A stretch of 64,000 nucleotides of DNA, taken from contig OZ199838.1 of the NCBI GenBank assembly GCA_964304625.1, forward strand, positions 12,777,843 to 12,841,842, in the 5' to 3' direction. The notes under the pieces were generated by a model that did not search any database, had not been told where the DNA came from, and worked only from the letters and a program-made list of their open reading frames with translations. Each line of letters starts with the position of its first letter. Position 1 is the first letter of the stretch. This stretch comes from Kudoa neothunni. Lineage: Eukaryota > Animalia > Cnidaria. The position numbers were made by a program, and so were the translations under genes. Positions 13,560 to 25,200 of this stretch are shown here, in pieces.

Positions 13560-15386
13560 CAGTAGGTGACCGTTAATTCGTAGGACCGATAATTCGTAAT
13601 TATTTCTAAATGCCCGGAAAAATAATTCACAAATTCAGAACGCTTCAAGAGAAATATCGACATAATTAAATATTATGATAGTTTGCCGCTCTTAAATAGA
13701 AAGACGGAAACTATTGAACACTTCAAAATAGGTTATATTTTAACATTAAATGGCATTTTAGAAAAAAGGGCTAAAATTACACAATCATTTGAGGATCAAT
13801 TGTTTCCAGCCCAACAAAGATCAATGCGGAAAGGAAAAGATGAAGAAGCCGATCAACGTGTTTATGGGTGGTTCAATTGGATGAGGTCGAAAAGTATCGA
13901 ATTATCGTCCATCGAAATAATTAATAAAAGAAATGAGATCGGTGCTTCTGATGACGATTTCAAAAATGTTAGCTACGGATGGTTTTCGCGGCTTTAAAAA
14001 ATAGATTCAATTTAAAAAAAGTCAGCTTTCATGACGATGCTAACATGGTACCCATAGGAATCATCACAGAATGGAAGACTCAACTTCTAAAAATTCTTGA
14101 AAATTATAAAGAGGATCAAATATACAATATCGACGAGACCGCGTTGTTCTATCAATCAACGTCTCGTGAGTTTTTCCTAAAAGTGGTTATTTTTATTTCG
14201 ATTAGATATTTTTACATACATTAAATGAAAAATTTTTTCTAATAGTATTACTTCCACAATATGATTATTTTGTGGCGCCAAATGAGTACTTTATTATTTT
14301 TTCGTTATGATCGAAATTATAATACAATATTCTACAATTAATTATTTTTGCTTAAGTGTTTATCTATATTATTATGGGAAAAAGTTACGTTTCTGCTACT
14401 GAAAATAATGTCTTGTGGTAAAAAGTCAAAAAAAGGATTACATTACTACTTGGAGTCTCAATGAATGGTGAAAAGCTAGACCCCTTAGTGATAGGTCATC
14501 ATGCCCGACCTAGATTCTTTAAAAGTATAAATACTACTTCAGTTCCCTATGAGTACAACACGAAAGGCTTGATGACAGCAAGCATTTTTAGAAATTATCC
14601 GTTAAAAACTTAACAGTATTTTCAGAAGTAGAAACAAAAAAATTGTTCTTTTTATGAACAATGCAAATGACCATCAACACACGGAACTCTCCAACGTTCA
14701 AATAGTCTATTTTCCCAAAAACACCACATCGGTCCTACAACCAATGGATCAAGGTGTTATTCGTTTATTTAAGGCAACATACTGAAACGACTTAACGAGG
14801 CGAAATACGCTTCGTGCAGGATTTGGACTGGATATAAAACCTCTAGATTTATGGGAAGCAATGACTCTTATTAAGGATACTTGGAATTCATTAGTTCCTG
14901 AAACAATTATTAATTGTTTTTCCAAATCTGTTTTCAGCTTAAAAACATCCGTAAATGAACCAGAAAATTCCATTAAAATTTTATCTCCAGATAGTTCCAC
15001 ATCTCTAGAAGAAGTCGACGAATTAGGCATCGAAGAAAGTTTGTTCTCCGTATGTGATAATTTTAGAGAACATCTCATACGAGAAAATCGTTAGCGATCC
15101 CGAAGAGGTAGAGGACGAACCTGTGGAGCCTAAATTCACTTCTAAAGATGCTCTTATTTTTGTAGAAAATTTGAAAATATTTTTCAAAGGTGCTGGTTAC
15201 TCTTTAGGTGATGAATTAGCTAAATTAGAATCATATGTGTATGAGTATATTGAAAAAATTCAAATACAATCGAAAATAACAGATTATTTTAGAAAGCCTT
15301 AAAAATTAAATAATAAAATCAAAATCTTCATGTTATTTTTTTCACGCGCGCACACAAAGCCATTACGAATTAGTGGTCACCGACTG
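13560..15386 (+). mobile_element. pogo/Tigger DNA transposon, full-length but decayed
   Basis: 23-bp TIRs CAGTAGGTGACCGTTAATTCGTA / CAGTCGGTGACCACTAATTCGTA with TA TSDs. CENP-B-type HTH (SYGWFSR), IYNIDETALFY, FPKNTTSVLQPMDQGVI and terminal QSKITDYF. Stops and frameshifts present. Confidence 0.93.
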
Positions 15387-15627
15387 TAACGAGACTACTC
15401 GATACTCGCATTTTTAAACTCCTGCGTGCGTCTATCTATTAACTCCAGTTGTTAGCAAATGTTATAATCCCTCCTTAAATAAAGATAGATGTTATTATAC
15501 TAATGATTTGATGATATAATAATTCTTTTTAGTTTTGTTATTTTTTATATACTATTTGGGCAGGAGAGTGTATTTTATCATATTGTTTTTTATTTAAGTG
15601 CTCGTCGAAAAATAAAAAGTCTAATTA

Positions 15628-17923
15628 CAGTGGAACCTCGATTATCCAAAAAATTTTGGACCAGCGATTTTCTTTCCAGATAGCGAGGTTCTTGTTAATC
15701 GAACATAAACAATGTCTTATGCGCGGGGGGGTTTTACAAATTTTTACTTGTAGGATTGTTTACTTGATTTGAAAACGATTTTTTGTATTTATCAAATATA
15801 ATATTGGTATATCTATTAACTAAGAATATGGAGACTTAAAGAAAAAACAACACATAATTATGAGAGAAAAATAAGTCTCCAGGGGAGAAACCTACTTTTT
15901 TAAATAATTAGTAATAAATGTTTGTTTAATATACATTAGTGGCGGCTTGTGTATGGAATTGTGGAACTGTAGAACCTACCTGGTCATCTCGGTATATGTA
16001 AACCCCCTTTTCCCATTATGTGTGTATCCGCTAATACTTACGCGTAAATAAATTTTGTTAGATAGACTGAATTATTTTATTCAATACGAAATATGAAACA
16101 CGATTTTTCATCTATTATAGTAGATATAGAATATTACATTTTTCAATTCTTAATAACAATTAAGAAAATCAATGTTCATCCACATAAATTTTTGAATCAT
16201 TAAAAATTTTTACTTATGTAATTCATAAAAGTATTGAAATACGCATATGTTGTGGCAGGCGTAAGTCTGATATTTAAAATTCTAAATTTTTTTCCCGTCC
16301 TATTGCAATATTTTGTAAAAACATTGTTTGATACATTCATTTGGTTAGAGGTGGATTACAATAAATTATTTATGAACACCCATAAAGTGTTAATAAATAA
16401 CCCTATATATGTTTCAATTTAATTAGCGTATAATTTTCTTTTTAACACCGAGAATTCTATATTTACCTTATTCTTTTCGATGATACTTCTCATCAAGAAG
16501 CGTGTTAATAACTCCCGAAATATCGATACGCGAAGCTGGACCATTGCTGCAATTGCATTGATATAATTAAATATAAGGAATTATTACATTTAATGTCAAT
16601 AAAAATTTCATGGTTCATGAAAAAAAACGTAATAATATTTCATTGGAACTGTGCCACAAAGTTCCACTAACGGGGCATTTTATGCGAGTGCGCTACATTT
16701 AGAATGGGGTACGTGCGATTTACGGGTTGAAGACACTGCGATTATCACAGTGCCAACCCATTTAACCTATGTTTTAATCTATAGCACGCAGAGTAGTATC
16801 CTCATTTTGGAGCTATTTTTAAAATTTGAATTAATTTAAAAATAAATTATTGGGGCCAGTAAAATGAGAAAAGCAAATAAACAGTTAAGTTAAATTGTTT
16901 TATTTATTTACAAATTATAATGTACTTTCTATTAAACAATCAAATTTTTTAAATAAATGTTGTGCACGTTGTATTCTAAGTTCGTTTTGACCATTAAAGT
17001 GTGAGAATAAATTCTTCAACTTCCACGGTTTTTTGATTCTATATTTCTTTATTACCTTGTTCTACAAATAGTTAATCCATGATCTATTTACATTCCTGTG
17101 AGATAAATTATGCAACGGTAAATGAACTTCAACAACTTAAATTTTCAGAACTACCTCTTCTTGAAAAAGTTGAAGTAAAGAAAAGAGGTGGTGCGACACC
17201 CAATATTAAAATATCCCAGTCAGGCGTAAGCAACAACAAAAAATACGTTCGTGGCTTTATGGTTGTGAATTGATAGATGCATTGTTTTGGTTTCCGTGTT
17301 TGCTGTTTAGAGGTGATGAAACGCGGAGAAAAGATGGCTTCAGAAATATAAATAAGATGGAATTTCAATATACGGACAGTTAACAGAGTTTACGAAAATT
17401 TAAAACCCATAAAAATTGTCTTACTGAAATTCAGTCAACGTCTAATACTGATCAAACCATTGTAGAAGCAACAGAAATTTTAAAATAATCGAATGATGAC
17501 AAATTTATGTTTAAGTGAATGAATAAAAACCCCGTTAAAATTTAGATTATTAGTAGGTAACAATACTTCTTTTATGGTTGGATTGTTTTAATTTGATGCG
17601 AATTTTTTGCGTTTTTGCCAAATTTTATATCAAAGTTTTCTAATGCATTGCAGCACCCCCACTAACTTAAGCTACGGACCGCCACTGATATAAATACAGG
17701 CATATGTTCAGATATAGTACAAAATTTATAAGAGAACTGAATGCTTAAGTTTTAAAAGAAAAATGTTAAATAATTAACCTAGAAATATTTTTGTTTTAAA
17801 TATTGCATTGGTTTGTACGCTATATTGTATATGCCGTACGGTGATGAATGGTACTTTTATCCGGAATTATGATATAATGATTCTTCCGGATAGCGCGATT
17901 TCCGGATAATCGAGGTTCGACTG
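15628..17923. mobile_element. Tc1/pogo-type MITE containing a nested hAT element
   Basis: 20-bp TIRs CAGTGGAACCTCGATTATCC / CAGTCGAACCTCGATTATCC flanked by TA. Confidence 0.85.
15937..17687 (+). mobile_element. Deleted hAT element (Tip100/ZMYM1-like)
   Basis: Termini TAGTGGCGG / CCGCCACTG. 8-bp TSD ATATACAT / ATATAAAT. Remnant peptide FSELPLLEKVEVKKRG..TP..KYVRGF and ALFWFPCLLF (TTF-type zinc-finger region). Confidence 0.78.
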
Positions 17924-18029
17924 TATAACTCATTTATTGTATTTTGAATACTTTTGACAATTAAACTTTGCAGGTTTATTTTAAACTAGCGCGGACTGCT
18001 CAGCTTCGTATGAGATTGGACATATTTCA

Positions 18030-19334
18030 TCATAGAAGATAATGTTAAAAAAATAAATTTCCATGGCGAAGCGGCTGACATTGACCCATGTACAAGTTCT
18101 GAATGGCTTTTCTCAACTTAAAAACTTATGTGAAGGATATAGTGATGATTGTATCTAAAATATAGATGAAACCGCGTTGTTTTATCAGCAACAACGAGGT
18201 ATATTTTTTCATTTGTCATACAAAGGGAACAAGAAAGTCTAAAAAAACGAATGACTGTTTTGTTCGGTGCATCGCTAAGCGGAGAAAAACTTGAACCTTT
18301 GGTTATTGGACCTAGTCGAAAGCCCAGATGCTTTAAATATAAATAGCCTTCCAGTTTTATATGAATCCAACAAGAAGTCTTGGATGACTAGTGAAATCTT
18401 CCTAAGATATCTAACTAAAATCAATTCTATTTTTACGAAAAAAATAAAAATGTTCTAATTTTTTTAGATAATGCTACCTCTCACCAAAAAAAAACTATTC
18501 AGTAACATAAAGCTGATCTATTTACCCAAAGATACCACTAGTTTATTGCAACCCCTAGATCAAGGGATTATTCACTCATTCAAATGTGCATATAAGAGGA
18601 AAATGATCAAAAAATATATTTCATGTATTGAGGTGGGATTAGAACCAACTCCACCAACCATTTTAGATGCGATGATGTTGATTAAACAAGCGTGGGAATG
18701 TGTAAGCGTATCCACCATCATAAATTGCTTTCAAAAAGCTGGGTTTTCATCTCGACAAACGGTCCCTGTCAAAACTAACAGTATTTTGATATCACCCGAC
18801 AAAGAGTTTATTGGAATATGTGACACAACTCATCCAAATATATTACAAGAAGAAATTGAGGATATGATTGCCGACGAAGCTTCAATAGAGAATATCAATA
18901 TGGTCCAAACCCTATATTCTGAAAAATTCGATGAGTCTTCAGCTTCAGGTGATAAATTTTCGAGTTTATATATGTTAACTTTATGTAGAGAATGATGATT
19001 ATAGTGATGAAGCAAATTGTGAAAAAATTGATATTTTGGAAAGAAATCCAATATCATATCAGAAGGCTTTGGTTTATTTGAAGGAGTTAAAAATATTCTA
19101 CAAATTTCATAAAGATGATCGATCAGCCATCTTAGCTTCGTTAGAAGAAGATACAATCAACATAATTTCAAGAAACCTTGCTCAATCAAAAATAACTGAT
19201 TATTTCCATTTAAAAAAGGATTAAACATTATACTATCCCAAATTGGCGCATTCTAATTACGTTATTTAATAAACAATTGAATATTTTCATTCTGGCGCGC
19301 GCGCATAAAACTACGTAAAACCGGTCACTGACTG
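18030..19334 (+). mobile_element. 5'-truncated pogo/Tigger transposon
   Basis: FHGEAAD, IDETALFYQ, SLSGEKLEPLVIG, YLPKDTTSLLQPLDQGII and QSKITDYF. Right TIR ...GGTCACTGACTG-TA at 19334. Confidence 0.9.
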
Positions 19335-20322
19335 TATCATACTTTTAAAAATAGTGATAGGCGAAATAAAAAATTAAGATAATTTGTGCTGATTAATTCT
19401 TATACATTCTTTCCCCAAAACTGCTGTATAGCCCTTTGATATAACAAAAATTTTTAAATAATTAGATAAAGTATATTGGGATTGAATCCAACTGATTATA
19501 ACATACGCTTCCAATTCCTCATTAATTTAGAAAATTTGCATATTTTTGCTATGTTAGAAATCATTTATAGAACTTTTAGAATGTACTCATCAAGCTAAAT
19601 ATATTAAAACTTCCAGTATAGGGAATGTATTTAAGCACATATCCAAACGGACACACCTACTTTAAGTGTGCAGATAGATACATTAAATAAGATGTATCTT
19701 AATAATGGATATATAGCTTAAGTTTGAACCTCTAAAAACTTTCAAAATAACTTTCAGAATTTCAGTGTACATAAGTGTTGCCATGAGTAAATAAATATAA
19801 TCCTATTATTGAAATCATGTAATCCGTTTAACAAACCTAACACTAATGACAAATAATAGAATATTTGAGTTATCTCGAATTATTAAAAGTTACATAAATA
19901 TCTATAAGGAAGAAATTTGGTCGCACATGCTTACTTAGGGGCACACGCACTGACACACAAACGGATTTCCAGTTTGCTTTACATAGTGGATGTCTCCGTT
20001 CAGAGTTTGGATTCAAAAGCGAAAAAAATTTTATTACCAGCATACATATTTACATTAATCAAATACGTTTTCGTCAAATTTTCGGTTTCGCAATCTTATT
20101 TTTATTACAAAATAACTTTGGAGGTTGTTGAGTATTAACGACTATTTACTTATTATAGGGGGAATCTTCGGGATCCTCACGTGTTATTGATTTACGAATC
20201 GGTGTTTCCATAGCTCATTTAAAATACACAACAGAGGTAAAGCCTCATACGAGGAGCTTCTAACTCGTGAAAAAATCACTCTTAAATAAGAATTAAAACA
20301 TTATTAATTTTATGATAATTAA

Positions 20323-21097
20323 CCCTCTAATGTACTAAAAATCGACTGCGCTTCGATTAATTTTTGGGGGAAAAATTACTTCAGTTTTTTATTTCAGAAA
20401 ATAAAAACAGGCATAATTCCATGGCTAGATTCAACTGTAAAATAACTAACATCCGACTAGTAATCCTCATAATCCTACGAAAACTGTATTCATTAAAATC
20501 CTCAATGACAATTTTTGAATAAAGTTTAATGTTTGAGTAGATTTCACATTTATATCATGTAATAAATATTTTAATTATGATTTGCGCAAACACTCAGAAT
20601 GAATTTTGCGACAGTTTCGTACATCTGAAACAAGAAATAGCGGGTTTCTTATCAATTTTCCGTAAAAAATTCAAACCTTGAAAATATTATTCATTTATTT
20701 GGTGTGCTGAGTTATAGCAAAATAGATAAGGTTGAACTCTTAGGATTTTTGGCGTCAAGGATGTTTCTTTTCATTAATGGAAAGAGATAGTAACCTTGCC
20801 GTATTTTAAAAAACTTTCTCATAACCATATCACCTCACACGTTTTGTTTGTAAATCGAACACGCATTTATAAATAATACATCCGTTAAATTGAAAAAGCA
20901 TAAAAAAAGGACTCACGTGGTCACGATCATAGGTAATAACCATATAACTTCAAATTTAGTCATAATATTTTAAAATAATACATTAGCTTGTTTGGATGAT
21001 TAGAAAAAAACTCGTATCCAATAAAGGGCAAACATATCACGTAAACAACCATCAACTTCTCGTTGGGGTAAAAATTTACCCCAAATTCATTAGAGGG
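20323..21097. mobile_element. piggyBac-type MITE (775 bp)
   Basis: TTAA on both sides. TIR CCCTCTAATG / CATTAGAGGG. Subterminal GGGGTAAAAATTTACCCC palindrome. Confidence 0.85.
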
Positions 21098-22216
21098 TTA
21101 AATGGACCAATAAGTCTTTTAAATCAAGTTAAAAATGGTTCACCATTATTAAAACTAATAAAATTAATACTATAATATCGAGGGTTTTGAATACTTGTTT
21201 ATTAGCAAAAATTTCTTTCATATCATCATTATACTCTTCTTACTTTTAATTGATCATTAATGCTATACCCTAAATCTCAGATGCACAAACCGCGTTCATA
21301 ATTTGGCCCATCTTTAGTAATTTCGTGATTGTTACAAACATTATTGGCATACTTTTTGCATTTCATTATCTGCAAATCTAAAACTAAATTTATTTATAAG
21401 TTTATATTTTGCTTTTTTCTGGGATTTTAAAATGATCTAATTTTAGTACCGGCTCTAAACTTTATTTTAATAATTCAATTATTGATTAGCGTTATTAAAG
21501 TAGTTTCAACTTTTTATTCATAAAGTCAAAAAATCCAAGACAAATTGTCACTTACACCTAAATATCTATATTACGTAAATTAATGACGTTTATTTAAAAA
21601 TATTCAGCCTAATTGGCATGAAAAATCGAGAGTTAATTCCACAAATACATATACGTGTTAATTGGAAATAGTTCGATAAGATCATTAAACATGAAATAAA
21701 AAACGGATTTGTAGAGGGCGAACATTTCAATACCTTGACTGTTTTTAATGTTTAGCTGATGACAATATTGATAATAATCCCTTGGTGTAATTGACACGAG
21801 AATTATAAATTTTGCTTGATATTATCTCTAATGTGAGAAGTGGGAATTTTTGATCAACAATACTAACCAATCAAATTTATCATAATTCACTTAAAATATA
21901 ATTTCACATCTATTAATTTTACAATAGCTGAAAGTGCCAAGAAGTCATCACGCTAAGTATAATGGGATTGCCGCCTTATTAGCCAACATTATAGTGTTAA
22001 GGATATTCAAAAATAATCACCTTTAACGATTGTTGAATATAATAATTTAATCTCAAAAATTAGATGGTGTTAAAAGGATACACATAATTTGAATAAATAG
22101 ACCCACTAACGCATATTGCCTCGTTAACCGAAAGGACATCGTAGCTGTGAATACTCTTACAAGATCGGCTGACCTCGTGGGCCCACATCGTATTATACCG
22201 CTCTGCGTTAGGTGCA

Positions 22217-25200
22217 ATGATCGGCAGCGGTATGCAAAGTGTATACAATTTAAATTTGAGTCAGTTAGATGGTAAAAATTATTTTTGATTATTGGGAGTG
22301 ATTTTATTTGTAGGCCAATATTCGAAAACTCAATCTCCTTATGAAGTAATTGGAATATAGCGATTTATTAGCTTAATATCTTTGTTTAGGATACAACATG
22401 TGAGGAGATGTTGTTATACAAAGGTACGAGTAGGAGAGCAACAGGAATCTACAAGTCAATCAGTGCGATGAAGCAATTTTCAGACACTCCTATAGATGTA
22501 TCCCTTGGATAGTTTTATATGTTGATTTTATTGTTGTATTCGTCTGTTAGGAACTTAGGGTAAATATCTATGCATGCACTGGTTCTGATGCATTGGATTG
22601 TGTCTACAATAACGTGGAGAAAGGTTTTCCACAACCAACCAATATTTCTCAGCAACAGCCACAACAGCAATCAATTGGCGGGAATTTTCTTACTCAAAAT
22701 ACCAACCAAAATTTATTCGGTACAACAAGCAACAATCTTGGTTCCCAGGGAAACATGTTAGGAGGAATGCCAAACAATCAAATGCTTAACACCGCAAACA
22801 CTGGGAATACAATGTTTGGTAGAATGGGCAACACTGGTGGTGGTCCATTTTCCAACACCACTACAACGGGTGGTAATGTTTTGGGTAACAATCTCATTGG
22901 TGTTGGTGTTACAGGCGGGTACCAACCTTCTTCAGCAGACTGGAACCAATCTGCTGGGCGGCAATACATCATCCGCTCAGCTTGGTGGAAGTAACTTGTT
23001 TCAACGTGGTTCGAATGTAGGCGGTCTACAAGGCCAAAGCATGTTTCAAAATAGTGGCAACACCTTTAACACTGGTGCTAGTACTAACCTTTTGGGTCAG
23101 ACTAATTCTGCCACACTCGGTGGTTTAACTCAATCGAATCAATTCAAAACCTCATTGAATACCAATACCACATCACTTGGTCTTCAGCCTAATGTAACTA
23201 ATCCGCTTGGTGGTGTTGGTAGCGGGGGTTTGTCTGGTGGTATTGGTGCCACTACTGGTGGTCTATTCGATAATAAGAATAACAATTCGAATTTTTTGCT
23301 TCAAAAGCCTACAACCATTATCAACCAAGCTCAAACTGGTGGTAATCTATTTGGTCAAACCAACACAACCACGACAACTCTCGGTGGTGACACCACGAAT
23401 AAAGGTTTATTTTCAGGCATTGGCCAAGTTAATCAAGGTTTGGGATCAACTACTAATCTCAATCTTGGCAGCTCTAATATGTTATTGGGTGGAAACGCCG
23501 CGTCGAATTCTCTTCTGCAATCTGGTGGTCTTACTGGAGGTAGTGGTTTACTTCAGAACACATCCACAGGCTTAACTTCTGGTGGCGCTGGCGGTCTTCT
23601 TGGCAGTATGTCAACCGGCGGTGGTCTTGGTTTGGCCGGTTCAACTGTTGGTGTTGGTGGTAGGGGGCTTTTGGGCACTGGTACTACTATTGGAGGAAGT
23701 GGAGGAGGTCTTGGATTACTGTCCAGTTCCAACACGGGAGGAAGTATGTCTGGATTGCTGTCGGGTGGCGGTTTGAATCTTGGAAAAACAGCCGCAGCCA
23801 CAACCACTGCATCATCTCTACTCCAACCTACAACCGCCACTACATCCTTAGGATTGGGTACAACCAACACAAATTCACTTGGCCTAGCAGGTGGTTTGAA
23901 TACTGGGAGTTTGTTGACCAACAAAACCCAAACATCTTTTCCCCTAGGTAACACCTTGGTGACATCTACTACCGTCACTGATAGTATCCCCGTCAAACCA
24001 GGTCAAAGAACTTTCACACTGAGTACACAACAATCCAGCGGTCTAAACAGTGTTGTGGTGAATGAGGAGGAGTTACTGGATTTTCGAAGACAGCGTCAAC
24101 TCAATCGTTATGTGGATTCGTTGCGCAATCATAGAAAACCACCTAAGCGCGAAACCCAACTCAATGACACCTCCCTAATCCAATCTACCTCAAAAACTTC
24201 AGATAAGATTTTGACTGGTGGTGACATCACCACAACTGATCCTCTAAGCAAATTCAGATCACCTGTTGCATGTTTGCCTACAAATTTCAGCCAGATTTCT
24301 AGAATGTACACTAACAAAGGTTTGAGTAGTATCTACCATCATTACGCTCAGCAGAATGGTGCACGCAACAGATCGTTTCGTGGTGGTGACAATATGAACA
24401 ATTTTTTGTTTGAATCACCTACAGTGATTGAGGTAGGTGATGAGACGACCAAACTTGTCAGAAATGCATTGATAGCATCCCGCAGAAACTCTATTCTCAA
24501 TCGATCGGACTCATTGCCACTGGTAAACATCAAGACCGACCTTGACGAAACGATTCGTTATTCAAGAAATGCCCTCAAACGTCAGAAGGAATCTTTTCTT
24601 GGTGGGGATTTGGAGTCCACGCGTTGTGATCGTTGTTCGCGCTCCTATTCATCTGCTGGTGGATCAGTGCACTCTAATACTACTGCGACTACAAAAAATT
24701 TGAGTTTTAACAGTACGAAAAATTGTACTTGCGTAGACCATGTCGCTCGAAACAAAACTGATACCACACCGAACAACGTTTCTTCAACTCCCGCCACATC
24801 CAGAAAGTCACGTACCACCAAAAAATCAAAATCCCATCAAGTCAGAGTTACCGATGGTTATTCGACTTCATCTTCGTCTGATGATGAACATCCGTTCGAA
24901 AAGACGGGCGATGATAGTTTGTGCCCATCTTCTTCTTCTTCAAGTTTGGAAATAGGGTCATCGGCACGTCTTAAGTCTGCAGCTTTTTCTAAACACGATA
25001 AACAAGGTGATGGCGGCAGTCGATCTCAGAAACCCAAAAGCATTTCAAACATGGATGTTGATCCTTCTTCGTATGGGGTTGTAATTGCTGATAAAGTTGA
25101 AGAGGGTTATGTGACATCACGAAAATCTAATATTACTTTAAAAAGGCCAGATTACTACACCAAACCTACATTGGATGAGTTGGATGAGATGTGTGTTGAT

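Noticed and set aside
18471-18995. Domesticated TIGD-like host gene
   Set aside because: The upstream part has stops and frameshifts, and a TIR is retained.
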